Positions 43,750-54,120 of a stretch of 64,000 nt of DNA are shown piece after piece. Below the pieces are notes generated by a model. It saw nothing but the letters and a program-made list of their open reading frames with translations, was not told where the DNA came from and ran no database searches. Each line of letters begins with the position of its first letter. The first letter of the stretch is position 1. Source of the DNA: an uncultured Candidatus Saccharibacteria bacterium (GTDB lineage: Bacteria; Patescibacteriota; Minisyncoccia; Phycocordibacterales; DATDWN01); NCBI GenBank assembly GCA_964426735.1, contig CAYRRP010000003.1, forward strand, positions 77,378 to 141,377, read 5' to 3'. The translations under genes were made by a program, and so were the position numbers.

Positions 43750-44109
43750 ATGATTAATACTGAATATTTTAAAGAAAAACTTGAGGCAGAATTAAAAACC
43801 GTCGAGGCTGAATTGCATACAGTGGGAAGAAAAAACCCATCAAACCCTTTGGATTGGGAAGCAAAAGAGGGTGAAATGAACACCGATACTGCAGAGGAAG
43901 CTGAAGTTGCAGAAGGTATTGAAGAGTATGAAAATAACTCAGCAATCTTGAAGCAACTAGAAATTCGATATAATGAAATAAAAGACGCTCTCGCAAAGAT
44001 AGATATGGGTACATATGGTATCTGTGAAGTTTCTGGCTTGCCGATTGAAGAAGATAGACTTGAAGCCAACCCCGCAGCACGCACCTGCAAAGCTCACATG
44101 AATTCATAA
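43750..44109 (+). CDS. DksA/TraR-family protein with a degenerate zinc finger
   Basis: It has a coiled-coil N-terminus. The C-terminus reads GICEVSG...ARTCKAH (CxxS...CxxH instead of CxxC...CxxC). The start is set at ATG 43750. Confidence 0.75.
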   Translation: MINTEYFKEKLEAELKTVEAELHTVGRKNPSNPLDWEAKEGEMNTDTAEEAEVAEGIEEYENNSAILKQLEIRYNEIKDALAKIDMGTYGICEVSGLPIEEDRLEANPAARTCKAHMNS

Positions 44110-44165
44110 CCACAAACCCATCAGAGCTACTGTAAATACGAAAAGCATTTCTGACTTGATAGACT

Positions 44166-44201
44166 TTGGACTTTATAGACTTGATGGACTAAAATAGACA
44201 T
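44166..44201 (+). promoter_or_regulatory. Promoter TTGGAC-18-TAAAAT placed 6 nt before the comM ATG
   Basis: TTGGAC 44166-44171, TAAAAT 44190-44195, ATG 44202. It shares the 17-mer ATTTCTGACTTGATAG with the upstream promoter region. Confidence 0.55.
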
Positions 44202-45758
44202 ATGTCTATTTCTCAAATATACAGCGCTCAGACAAACCTCCTCGATGCCTCCATAGTGACTATAGAAGTGGACCTCTCAAAGGGGCTCCACTCTTTTTCT
44301 ATAGTAGGACTTGCAGGGAAAGCGGTGGATGAAGCAAAAGACCGCGTATCTTCTGCAATTAAAAATACCGGTTTTACTTCACCAAAAAGTAAAAACCAAA
44401 AAGTTGTTGTATCACTTGCTCCCGCTGATATCAAAAAAGAAGGACCTGCATTTGATCTCGGTATTGCTGTCGGATATTTGTGTGCCTCAGGAGACATTCA
44501 AGCGGATATGAAGAAGACTGTGTGTATTGGTGAACTTTCACTCGATGGAAGTATTCGAAAAGTGAAGGGTATTATCCCGATGATTATCGAGGCTCGAAAA
44601 AGAGGTTTTACTGATTGTATTATTCCAAAAGAAAATAGTATTGAGGCATCAGTGATACCTGACATCACCATATATCCCGCAGAAACATTACGTGAAGTGA
44701 TTGGTCATATTCACACAAACCCTCATGGAGAAAAATGGCCTGGAATAGAAAGTACTCCTATACCAACTCTTGAAATACACACTCCTGAAATCCACCTCGC
44801 GCACAATGATGTCGATATGCAGGATGTCGCGGGACAAGAGGTAGCAAAGCGCGCACTCGAAATAGCGGCGGCAGGTGGACATAATATTATTATGTATGGC
44901 CCACCAGGAACAGGAAAAACGATGCTCGCTAAAGCATGCAAAGGATTACTTCCTGAACTTTCTTTTGATGATATGCTCGAAGTTACATCGATTCACTCAC
45001 TTCACAATGGAGGAGGGGATTTGATAACCGCTGCACCGTTTCGTGCACCACACCATACTGCATCATATGTATCAGTGGTCGGAGGTGGTTCAAGCCCACG
45101 ACCAGGAGAAGTAACTCTGGCGCACAAAGGAGTACTTTTTTTGGATGAGATGCCCGAGTTTAGTACACAAGTACTCGAAACACTTCGTGAACCACTCGAA
45201 GAAAAGAAGGTGCGTATCAGTCGAGCAAAAGGAAGTGTAGTATACCCTGCACAATTTATCCTCGTGGGAGCAATGAATCCGTGTCCCTGTGGATACTATG
45301 GAGTGAAGGGAAAGGAATGTATTTGTTCACCGATTCATATTCAAAAATACAAACGAAAACTTTCGGGACCAATCGCTGATCGTATTGATATATGGGTTGA
45401 AGTAAATACAGTCGAACACTCAGAGCTTACAAAAAAGGGGACAGGTGAAACAACGGCCGATATTAAAAAACGTGTTCAAGCAGCTCGAAATATCCAAAAA
45501 AATCGATATATCGAAAAAGGAATCAGTCTCAACAGCGAACTCTCCGGCAAACAGCTTGTTGAAATGATTCACCTCTCTCCTGAAGCAAAAGGAATACTGG
45601 AAGCATCAGCAAAAAAGTTTGATATTTCAGCACGTGCATATCATCGAATCATCAAAACCGCACAAACAATTGCCGACCTTGCAGAAAGTGTACATATCCA
45701 ACCAGAGCATATTCTCGAAGCATTACAATATCGCCCAAAAGCGTATCAGATTATTTAA
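44202..45758 (+). CDS. comM: ComM/YifB Mg-chelatase-like AAA+ protein (competence helicase family)
   Basis: 518 aa. It has a Lon-like N-domain, Walker A GPPGTGKTM and Walker B VLFLDEMPEF. Confidence 0.92.
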   Translation: MSISQIYSAQTNLLDASIVTIEVDLSKGLHSFSIVGLAGKAVDEAKDRVSSAIKNTGFTSPKSKNQKVVVSLAPADIKKEGPAFDLGIAVGYLCASGDIQADMKKTVCIGELSLDGSIRKVKGIIPMIIEARKRGFTDCIIPKENSIEASVIPDITIYPAETLREVIGHIHTNPHGEKWPGIESTPIPTLEIHTPEIHLAHNDVDMQDVAGQEVAKRALEIAAAGGHNIIMYGPPGTGKTMLAKACKGLLPELSFDDMLEVTSIHSLHNGGGDLITAAPFRAPHHTASYVSVVGGGSSPRPGEVTLAHKGVLFLDEMPEFSTQVLETLREPLEEKKVRISRAKGSVVYPAQFILVGAMNPCPCGYYGVKGKECICSPIHIQKYKRKLSGPIADRIDIWVEVNTVEHSELTKKGTGETTADIKKRVQAARNIQKNRYIEKGISLNSELSGKQLVEMIHLSPEAKGILEASAKKFDISARAYHRIIKTAQTIADLAESVHIQPEHILEALQYRPKAYQII

Positions 45759-45837
45759 ATTGATACTGGATTAAAAGATTAAGGATTAAAGGAAAAGGCG
45801 CATCCACAGGATGCGCCTCTTTAGAACACATAATCTG

Positions 45838-46131
45838 TCAGCCAGCAGGGAAGTAGCGAGCAAGTACAGCACCCACTGTCACACAGGTCATGTATATCCC
45901 CACAAACCCAGGAACCCCTAAGGTAATCTTCCATTTCTGGAGACCTTGAGAATAGTTATGGTAAGTGACAAGCACTCCCAACATCTGGTTGAAAGCCAAC
46001 ATCAAAAGCAAAACAAACACCGCTCCGAGAACATTGGCAGATGTTAGTGGTATGGAAAAAAAGACCCATGCCCCTAAAACAACAATAACCCACAGCACAA
46101 CCGAGATCTGATAGAACCGAGATACTTTCAT
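45838..46131 (-). CDS. Hypothetical small membrane protein
   Basis: 97 aa with three hydrophobic helices. Confidence 0.55.
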   Translation of the reverse strand: MKVSRFYQISVVLWVIVVLGAWVFFSIPLTSANVLGAVFVLLLMLAFNQMLGVLVTYHNYSQGLQKWKITLGVPGFVGIYMTCVTVGAVLARYFPAG

Positions 46132-46214
46132 TGGTTACTCCTAAGTAACATTATACAATAATTATGTAAATTAAGCAATAAAAATGTTTTTGGCTTTTAA
46201 AAGTATAAAACTTT

Positions 46215-46320
46215 CACAATTTCGCCAAGGTCGCTTATGAAATTTTAAAATATTCCTCACCTTACAACGAGTAAGGTTCGTCATATTTTAAAATTTCAGA
46301 AGATGAGATTGGTGAAATTT
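46215..46320. repeat. Imperfect-palindrome intergenic element
   Basis: The arms include a 16-bp perfect TGAAATTTTAAAATAT pairing. The apex is CCTTAC-AACGA-GTAAGG. It abuts the stop of the M23 peptidase gene. Confidence 0.55.
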
Positions 46321-46327
46321 GGAAGTT

Positions 46328-47506
46328 TTAGAATGGGTTTCGGGCACCTCGTACTTCGAAATGGAGATGAGTCCCCGTCGACTTTCCTGTCGATCCCATG
46401 TTTCCAATTACCTGACCTTGAGATACATTTTGCCCTACTGAGACTTGCACACCTGAAAGGTGAGCATAGAGGGTTTGTGTACCATTTCCATGTTTAATAA
46501 CCACATACGAACCGTATCCTCCATTGTACCCACTACTTTTAGCAACAATCACTTCTCCATCTGCAGCAGCAAGAATATCTGAACCAAAATGAGAAACGAG
46601 GTCAACACCATTGTGTCCATGTATACCCTGACTCTTCACTCCACCCACAATCGGACGAATATAATATCCACTATATGAAGGTGCAGAAAGATACTGTTGA
46701 ACTTTCTTCACAGATGTTGATGTGGTTGTTTTTGTCGTAGAATGCCCAGAGAACATTTCTCCATCAGGGATAATAACAACATCACCCACTGAAAGTTTTT
46801 CACCGGCAGTAAGATCATTAAACTGAGTGATTTCTTCAAGATCCCCACTGTATTTCTTGGCGATAGATTGTAGCGTATCTCCTTTTTTAACCACATGACG
46901 TACTCCAGAAACAGGAAGAATAACCAATCGATCACCAGGGGATACTGTATTTCCTGAAATATCGTTTGACCATACAATTGTATTTGTTGTCACATTAAAC
47001 ATCTTGGCGATTCCAGAAAGAGTGTCTCCTTTTCGTACCACATAAATAGTAATCTGATCTGACGACAGATGATCTTTTGCTGTTGCAGCAACACCAGAAG
47101 TCTCAGCAAGCAATGATGAGTCATCAACAATAGCAATATCACCACCACCAAGAGGTTGGTTTGATGGTGCAGTAGCCGCTTGAAGTAAAGCCATATTTTG
47201 TGAATTTTGGACAAATTCAACATCAGCCGATGCATCTTTAAACATACCAAACACAAAAGATCTGATCCCTGCAGAGGCAACAAAAGGGATAGCGATAAGC
47301 AGACATGCAAAAATAAACTTTGTGAAAAGTTTTATTATAGATTCTTTGTCCGCACCCTTATCGTATGACCCAACTCGACTTCTCCGTACTTTACGGACTG
47401 TCTTGTTTTTTAGACCATTTTGATGAGGAGCTTCTTGTGAGTTTCCCCTAATACGCGTTATGTTAGTTTCAATTCTGCATTTCTGTAAATGGCTCTGTTG
47501 AGCCAT
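46328..47506 (-). CDS. LysM-repeat M23 family peptidoglycan endopeptidase
   Basis: 392 aa. It has LysM units (YVVRKGDTLSGIAKMF, HVVKKGDTLQSIAKKY) and an M23 core (HNGVDL...GSTGKSTGTHLHFEV). Confidence 0.88.
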   Translation of the reverse strand: MAQQSHLQKCRIETNITRIRGNSQEAPHQNGLKNKTVRKVRRSRVGSYDKGADKESIIKLFTKFIFACLLIAIPFVASAGIRSFVFGMFKDASADVEFVQNSQNMALLQAATAPSNQPLGGGDIAIVDDSSLLAETSGVAATAKDHLSSDQITIYVVRKGDTLSGIAKMFNVTTNTIVWSNDISGNTVSPGDRLVILPVSGVRHVVKKGDTLQSIAKKYSGDLEEITQFNDLTAGEKLSVGDVVIIPDGEMFSGHSTTKTTTSTSVKKVQQYLSAPSYSGYYIRPIVGGVKSQGIHGHNGVDLVSHFGSDILAAADGEVIVAKSSGYNGGYGSYVVIKHGNGTQTLYAHLSGVQVSVGQNVSQGQVIGNMGSTGKSTGTHLHFEVRGARNPF

Positions 47507-47617
47507 TTTTTACGACTGTATTTCTGAAGAACTTCTTAAGTATACCTAAAGGGATACATCGGTCAACTAGACCTATCCACACAAACTATGGTCAGACTTT
47601 ATGATATAGTAAGCCCC

Positions 47618-49585
47618 ATGGACGCAACGAAAGACTACCTTTCAGGATTGAATGCTAAACAAAAATCTGCGGTACTTACCACAGAAGGCCCGGTACTTAT
47701 CGTAGCAGGCGCAGGAGCAGGGAAAACCAAGACTATAACTCACAGAATACTCCATCTTATAAAAAACGGGGTACACCCCCACAATATTCTCGCGATTACG
47801 TTTACAAATAAAGCAGGAAAGGAAATGCGTGAGCGAGTGGAGCATTTACTTGCCGCTGACCCTATGCTCCGTGCCCAGCACCACAATGCAGCACCTTTTG
47901 TGAGCACGTTCCACTCACTCGGGGTATTTATCATCAAACAATGGGCTGACCGATTGGGACTTCCGAGACATTTTGGTATTTTTGATAAAACAGATTCAAA
48001 AAAAGCACTGAAAAAGGCACTCGAATCACTGAATGTAGAACCAAAAGAACATCTCGATAAAGTAGCAAGTATTATCTCTCGAGAAAAAGGACTTGGAGTA
48101 TCGTACCAAGAATTTGCTTCACGTCAGAGTTATGATTTTACATCTGATATCACTGCTCGTGCATGGAATATATATGAATCAACACTCAAGAAAGAAAAAG
48201 CTCTCGATTTTGATGACCTGCTTCTCAAATCACTCGAACTTCTTGAACAACACCTTGACATACGTACGTATTATCAAAACCTGTGGCACTATGTACATAT
48301 TGATGAATACCAAGATACAAATAAAGTACAAAATAAAATTGCCGAACTGATCTCTGAAAAACATCGTAATATTTGTGTAGTAGGGGATACAGATCAAAAT
48401 ATTTATAGTTGGCGAGGAGCTGAGATCAAGAACATGCTCTCGTTTGAAAAAAAATATACTGATGCTCACGTCATACTGCTTGAGCAAAATTATCGTTCAA
48501 CAAAAATGATTTTGGATGTTGCAAATGATATTATTTCAAAAAATAAATGGCGTATTCCCAAAAAACTTTTCACTGAAAACACCAAAGGGGAAAAGGTGAG
48601 TGTGTATGAAGCATTCAATGAAGTAGACGAGGCTCATTTCATAGCACAAAAAAGTAAAGAGTTAATCGACCAAGGAACATCATCAGATGAAATCGCTGTT
48701 CTTTTTCGCGCGAACTTCCAATCACGAATCCTTGAAGAAGCATTTCTCGCATATGGAGTGTCGTACCAAATGCTTGGGACAAAATTCTTTGAACGTAAAG
48801 AAATTAAAGATATGCTTTCGTATATTAAATCCGCACTCAACCCAGAAAGTAGTATTGATTTGGCACGCATTATCAATGTGCCGCCACGTGGTATTGGTAA
48901 AGTCACACTTGATAAAATAGAAGCTGGCGAATTTGATTCTCTTCCCACTAAAACTCAGGAAAAAATAAGATTATTTAAAGAAATGCTTGCTCGTATTAAA
49001 GATTTTATCCTGAGTCATAAAACCTCCGAATCAATTCGTTTTATTGTGGAAATTTCAGGAATAGCGAAAGCGTACACAGAAGGAAATGACGAGGATCAGG
49101 AACGTCTCGAAAACATTATGGAGCTTGTCACACTTGCAACAGGATATGATGAATTACTTCCAGAAGAAGGTATCGAGATGCTCCTTACTGATGCTGCGCT
49201 TGTATCGGATCAAGACTCTCTTAAAAAAGAAACTTCTGGGGTTAAACTTATGACTGTCCACTCATCCAAAGGACTTGAATTTGATACTGTGTTCATTTCA
49301 GGTATGGAGGAAGGTTTATTTCCTCATCAACGCCTTGGCGAAAAGAAAAAAGAAGGTGAGGATAGCGAAGAAGAACGACGCCTCTTTTATGTAGCAGTCA
49401 CCCGTGCTCGAAAAAAACTCTATCTCACACTCGCTCAAATGCGTACGATTTTTGGAAACAAACAGATTAACACCCCATCTCATTTTATCGGAGATATCAA
49501 TGAAGATTTTCTTGATCATGAAAAGAAAAGTATGCTGGGGCCTATGGGTAATGCAGGCGGGAAGTATTTTAGTATTGATTTCTAG
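47618..49585 (+). CDS. pcrA: UvrD/PcrA-type ATP-dependent DNA helicase
   Basis: It carries AGAGAGKTKT, DEYQDTN, VGDTDQNIYSWRGA, TVHSSKGLEF and VAVTRAR. I prefer ATG 47618 (TATAGT lies 7 nt upstream), and ATG 47588 is the alternative. Confidence 0.93.
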   Translation: MDATKDYLSGLNAKQKSAVLTTEGPVLIVAGAGAGKTKTITHRILHLIKNGVHPHNILAITFTNKAGKEMRERVEHLLAADPMLRAQHHNAAPFVSTFHSLGVFIIKQWADRLGLPRHFGIFDKTDSKKALKKALESLNVEPKEHLDKVASIISREKGLGVSYQEFASRQSYDFTSDITARAWNIYESTLKKEKALDFDDLLLKSLELLEQHLDIRTYYQNLWHYVHIDEYQDTNKVQNKIAELISEKHRNICVVGDTDQNIYSWRGAEIKNMLSFEKKYTDAHVILLEQNYRSTKMILDVANDIISKNKWRIPKKLFTENTKGEKVSVYEAFNEVDEAHFIAQKSKELIDQGTSSDEIAVLFRANFQSRILEEAFLAYGVSYQMLGTKFFERKEIKDMLSYIKSALNPESSIDLARIINVPPRGIGKVTLDKIEAGEFDSLPTKTQEKIRLFKEMLARIKDFILSHKTSESIRFIVEISGIAKAYTEGNDEDQERLENIMELVTLATGYDELLPEEGIEMLLTDAALVSDQDSLKKETSGVKLMTVHSSKGLEFDTVFISGMEEGLFPHQRLGEKKKEGEDSEEERRLFYVAVTRARKKLYLTLAQMRTIFGNKQINTPSHFIGDINEDFLDHEKKSMLGPMGNAGGKYFSIDF

Positions 49586-49664
49586 TCTACCTAGAAATTT
49601 TCTCAGATTAAGAACTCTCAAAAACTCATTCGCCAAGCTATGTATGCTGTGTTAGATTAAACTT

Positions 49665-50450
49665 ATGAAAGCTAAAAAGTCACTCGGGCAACATTTCCTC
49701 ACTTCAGAAGCAGCGGTGCATCATATAGTCACCGCATCAGGTGCTAAAAAAGGAGATACGATCCTTGAAATTGGCCCCGGGAAAGGTGTGCTCACTAAGG
49801 CATTACTCGCTACTGGTGCATCTGTCGCAGTGGTAGAAAAAGATGATCGCATGGTACCAGTTTTGTCGGAGACTTTTGTACAAGAAATCAAAGATGGTCA
49901 ACTCACTATTATTCATGGAGATATCTTAACAACCAACATTGAAAAGATACTAAGTGAACCATACTCTGTTGTGGCAAATATTCCGTATTACATTACAGGG
50001 GAAATAATGCGTCTCTTTTTGGAACACAACCACCAACCAAAAAGTATGACATTACTTGTTCAAAAAGAAGTTGCGGAGCGTATTGTTGCTCGCGACAAAA
50101 AAGAAAGTGTACTTTCACTTTCAGTAAAAGCATTTGGCGCACCATCTCTTATATCGGTAGTAAAAAAGGGATCATTTTTTCCAATACCAAACGTTGATTC
50201 TGCCATTATTCATATCGCAGATATTTCGCGAACAAAACTTGGCACAGTATCACCTGAACATTTTTTCGCTGTGGTGAAAACAGGTCTTGCGCATAAGCGA
50301 AAAATTCTTATTTCAAATCTGAAGGACTTATACACAAAAGACACGCTTTCACGTGTCTTTGCAGAACTTTCTTTATCTGAAGATGTACGGGGAGAAGACC
50401 TTGATGTTTCTACATGGATCAACCTTTCCCGTATACTCCAACAGTATTAA
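49665..50450 (+). CDS. rsmA: 16S rRNA dimethyladenosine transferase RsmA/KsgA
   Basis: KSLGQHFL, EIGPGKGVLT and ANIPYYIT. Confidence 0.94.
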   Translation: MKAKKSLGQHFLTSEAAVHHIVTASGAKKGDTILEIGPGKGVLTKALLATGASVAVVEKDDRMVPVLSETFVQEIKDGQLTIIHGDILTTNIEKILSEPYSVVANIPYYITGEIMRLFLEHNHQPKSMTLLVQKEVAERIVARDKKESVLSLSVKAFGAPSLISVVKKGSFFPIPNVDSAIIHIADISRTKLGTVSPEHFFAVVKTGLAHKRKILISNLKDLYTKDTLSRVFAELSLSEDVRGEDLDVSTWINLSRILQQY

Positions 50451-51745
50451 TTGCAAGGTTTTGTCAATGCATCCCAATCATAGTATGCATTGTTGAATGA
50501 TCCGAAAAGGTTTGCATACTCTGTGTTTCCTCCTGCTGTTCCCGGGAGAGATTGTAAATAATTAAACTTTCCTTGATTTTGCCGATTGAGGTCAAGCGCA
50601 TTTGTTGCTGTAAATGAGAAAAGTGGGGGAACATAATACGGATCACTCGGAGTACTGTATGCAAGATTGTTTAACGTAACAGTCCATGTGTTATCGCTGT
50701 TTTTCTTAAACATATATACATATTTACCATTCTTCATACCTGATCGTGGGGCAGAACATGATGAGGTTGAAGTTTGTGTGGTGGTTACTATTGCTGAAGC
50801 AGGCACAATACATGCTGAATTTAGGTATGCTCGAGTTTTTTCTCCCACTACGCCAGTACCTTGAGTAAGTCCGAGGATACTGAGTATTTCAGTTGCATGC
50901 GCCTCCTGGAATCTTTTCACTGCAGTCATTACTGTAGAGTCAAACGTTGATGTAGTTTGATTTAAAAACCCACCCTGCTTAAGCGCATAACTCAATGCAA
51001 ACACATCGTTTCCAGAATTACCAAAAGACAGGTTGTTAGAAAAAGAGTAACACTGAGAGTTTGAGGTTATGTTTATATTTGTTCCGTTTGTTTCCGAAGA
51101 AGTTGCTCTTCTTGTCACAAAACTCCCAATATCAATACCGTATGTATTTTTATACGTATTCACCAAATTAGCATAGAGAGAATTTAATGCGCTTAATAAT
51201 GCAGAAGATGCTCGCGTTGTTACATCTGCTGCAGAAGATTCTTGGTTTTTTGTTGAGCCAACAGAAGATGCTGGCACAGGAAGAGCGCCCTCTGGAGCAG
51301 TACACGTATATGCACCATTTACATAATATGGTGCTTTGCCTCCACACTGAGCAAATGCTTTTCCATAAGCAAGTTCTGTTTTTAAAATATCCCAACCAGG
51401 ATTTACACTCTGGATAATAGCATTTGAACCTGGTGCAGCTGTAAACCCAGCAAGTAAATACGCACCATGTCCTGTAGAACCATTGACTGTACATACTCCA
51501 TTAAGAATATAGTCTTTCCCTGATGTAGGGTCGACAAATCCTGCAAGACCAAGTTGTTCCACCTTACAACTCATATCATACCCAAGCGCCTCTCCCTGAG
51601 CTATAGCTTTATTAACACAATCTTGTGCTGCTACTGGATCTGTACGTATCTCACCTGTACAAGTGCCTGTTGTACTTTGTGCATTAGATAAAGATGGTGC
51701 ACACATCCATACCATTAAAAAACCAAAAAGAAGTATTTTTTTCAT
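50447..51745 (-). CDS. Secreted Cys-rich protein with a peptidoglycan-binding (PG_binding_1-like) domain
   Basis: 432 aa with a signal peptide. It carries DVFALSYALKQGGFLNQTTSTFDSTVMTAVKRFQEAH. Confidence 0.65.
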   Translation of the reverse strand: MKKILLFGFLMVWMCAPSLSNAQSTTGTCTGEIRTDPVAAQDCVNKAIAQGEALGYDMSCKVEQLGLAGFVDPTSGKDYILNGVCTVNGSTGHGAYLLAGFTAAPGSNAIIQSVNPGWDILKTELAYGKAFAQCGGKAPYYVNGAYTCTAPEGALPVPASSVGSTKNQESSAADVTTRASSALLSALNSLYANLVNTYKNTYGIDIGSFVTRRATSSETNGTNINITSNSQCYSFSNNLSFGNSGNDVFALSYALKQGGFLNQTTSTFDSTVMTAVKRFQEAHATEILSILGLTQGTGVVGEKTRAYLNSACIVPASAIVTTTQTSTSSCSAPRSGMKNGKYVYMFKKNSDNTWTVTLNNLAYSTPSDPYYVPPLFSFTATNALDLNRQNQGKFNYLQSLPGTAGGNTEYANLFGSFNNAYYDWDALTKPCN

Positions 51746-51802
51746 AATTTCTGTGAATAATAATTACTGTTGATTATACCACTGTGTTATACTAAAAACA
51801 CC

Positions 51803-52723
51803 ATGACACATCAAAAAGTGTTAGTAACTCTCATTCTATGTGCAGGTCTTATTACCTCTGTTTTCCTTATATCAAAAACAGAAAAATCTAATGAAAAGAG
51901 TGTAAAAAATGATTCTACTCAACAAAACATAAACCTTTTAGCTACAATTGATAAAAAAGCTGATTCTGATACTGACGGAGATGGTTTAAAGGATTGGGAG
52001 GAAAGTCTGATTAACACCAACCCTCAACTCAAAGATACTGATGATGATGGTACGTCAGACGGAGATGAAGTGGTTCAAAACCGAGATCCTCGAAAAAAAG
52101 CTCCAAATGACAAAAATATCACTCAAAACACAATAACAGAATCCACCTTAACAGATGAAACTCTTACCGAAAGGGTGTCGAGAGACTTTTTTAGTCGATA
52201 TTTAATCGCAAAACAACAAAACATAGATATTACGCCGGAGGAAGCATCTGTGATTGCACAACAAGTAGTCGCAAATATTCCAGGCACTATTGAGGTAAAA
52301 GCATACGGAATAAAAGATATTGTGATTACACCTAACAACTCAGAACAAAGCAGGCTTGCATATGCAAAACAAATGAGTGACATATTGGTTAATAACTCAC
52401 CTCAATTCACAGAAAATAGCTTGGAAATTGTCGGGCGTATCATACAAAACCCTACCGAAAACGACAAAAAGAAACTTGCAACTATCCTCGCAAGCTATAA
52501 AACAATTCTTTCTAAGACGCTTGCGATAGCTGTACCAAGTACAGTTGTACCTGAGCACCTTGTATATATCAACACATTATCTTCAATTTATTCAAACTTG
52601 GCTGAAATAGAGCAAATGACGGTTGATCCAATCAAAGGATATGTAGCATACTCACATTATTCCAATTTTCTCATCAAAATATCAATTGCATTTGAAAATC
52701 TCAAGAAAGCTTCAGGTGTCTAG
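51803..52723 (+). CDS. Membrane-anchored protein with thrombospondin-type-3-like Ca-binding repeats
   Basis: DSDTDGDGLKDWEE and DTDDDGTSDGDE. The start is set at ATG 51803. Confidence 0.6.
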   Translation: MTHQKVLVTLILCAGLITSVFLISKTEKSNEKSVKNDSTQQNINLLATIDKKADSDTDGDGLKDWEESLINTNPQLKDTDDDGTSDGDEVVQNRDPRKKAPNDKNITQNTITESTLTDETLTERVSRDFFSRYLIAKQQNIDITPEEASVIAQQVVANIPGTIEVKAYGIKDIVITPNNSEQSRLAYAKQMSDILVNNSPQFTENSLEIVGRIIQNPTENDKKKLATILASYKTILSKTLAIAVPSTVVPEHLVYINTLSSIYSNLAEIEQMTVDPIKGYVAYSHYSNFLIKISIAFENLKKASGV

Positions 52724-52800
52724 TACGGGTGTAATTGTTTTCAACAGATAAGAGACTAGAGGGGTAGCACCATACCTCACTCGTACTATATACTATATAT

Positions 52801-54114
52801 ATGTTGTACCCCTCATTTTTCTCAAAAAAAGTACTGTCAAGTGTTTTAATGCTCTGCCTCATATTACCCTTTGGTTTTCTCTTTAATCCAACAACAGCAA
52901 ATGCCCAATGGGTAGTATGGGATCCAGGTAATAATGCAACTGCAGTAGCAGGATGGGCATCAATGATCCCAAACACAACTGCAAACGTAATTAACACAGT
53001 CAAAGAACAAGGTCTTGATGCAATCGGGTATATTATTGCAAAGGCAGTATTAAGTAAAATGACTGCATCCACTGTAAACTGGATTAACACAGGCTTTCAA
53101 GGTAACCCAAGTTTCCTTACAGACCCCGAGAGATTTTTTGGAAATATTGGAGACCAAGTCGCTACTCAGTATTTATTAGGAGCAAATTCTCCATTAAACC
53201 AACTCTGTAGCCCTTTTAAAGCAGAGGTGCGTCTTGCATTGGTTAAAAACTATCTTCAAGAAAACACTTTTCAGTCACAATGTACCTTTTCTGCAATCGG
53301 GGCAAATTTTGAAAGTTTTACCCGAGACTTTACTCAAGGAGGGTGGGATGCTTGGTTTACCATGACCCAGCAAGATCAAAACAACCCCTATGGTGCATAT
53401 CTACAAGCAAAACAACAGCTTTCATTACAAATTGGAACTCAACAAAATAAATATCAAACACAAGTTGCAAATGGTAATGGCTTTCTTTCTTATGAACGTT
53501 GCCGTCGGGACTACATACCTCCGGCAAATGTTGCAAATAGACAATGTATAAAATATGAACCTCTTACTGTAGGAGGAGGAGAGCCAAAGTGTCTGGCATA
53601 CGAGATAGCTGATCCGAATGGTCTTGGTTATGATGACTGCCCTGCATCAGAAAAAGAAGTAGTGACCCCAGGAAGTGTAATCAATGAACAACTTGGTAAA
53701 GCTCTTGGTTCGAGTTTTGCCCAACTCGAAGCTGCAGATGAGCTTAATGAAATTGTAAATGCACTGATGGTACAACTTGTGAATAAAACATTTAGTAGTA
53801 TAGGAAATGGTCTTCGTGGTTTGAGCTCTTCAAATTCTACAAATACAAAAAGTGCAACTCAACAACTCCAAGATGCTGTTAATACTTCCAGCTCTGAACT
53901 TGGATTAGATACAGTAGTAACTACAACACAAGCACTACAGAATGCAGCTAATACAATCCCTACAGAATTTCAACCTGGATCAACTTCCCAAACTCCTGAC
54001 CCTGCAGCAATACAAAGGGCAGTAGATGAAGAGACTGAACGTTTTAGACAGCAATACTGCGCCCAAAATCCAGCAAATTGTCCCTCAAATACAAACGGTA
54101 ACGAAAATCCTTAG
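52801..54114 (+). CDS. Secreted protein, first gene of the T4SS-like cluster (function unknown)
   Basis: 437 aa with a signal peptide ending ANAQ. TATACT lies 6 nt before the ATG. It is Q/N-rich with a helical C-terminus. Confidence 0.6.
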   Translation: MLYPSFFSKKVLSSVLMLCLILPFGFLFNPTTANAQWVVWDPGNNATAVAGWASMIPNTTANVINTVKEQGLDAIGYIIAKAVLSKMTASTVNWINTGFQGNPSFLTDPERFFGNIGDQVATQYLLGANSPLNQLCSPFKAEVRLALVKNYLQENTFQSQCTFSAIGANFESFTRDFTQGGWDAWFTMTQQDQNNPYGAYLQAKQQLSLQIGTQQNKYQTQVANGNGFLSYERCRRDYIPPANVANRQCIKYEPLTVGGGEPKCLAYEIADPNGLGYDDCPASEKEVVTPGSVINEQLGKALGSSFAQLEAADELNEIVNALMVQLVNKTFSSIGNGLRGLSSSNSTNTKSATQQLQDAVNTSSSELGLDTVVTTTQALQNAANTIPTEFQPGSTSQTPDPAAIQRAVDEETERFRQQYCAQNPANCPSNTNGNENP

Positions 54115-54120
54115 TATTCC

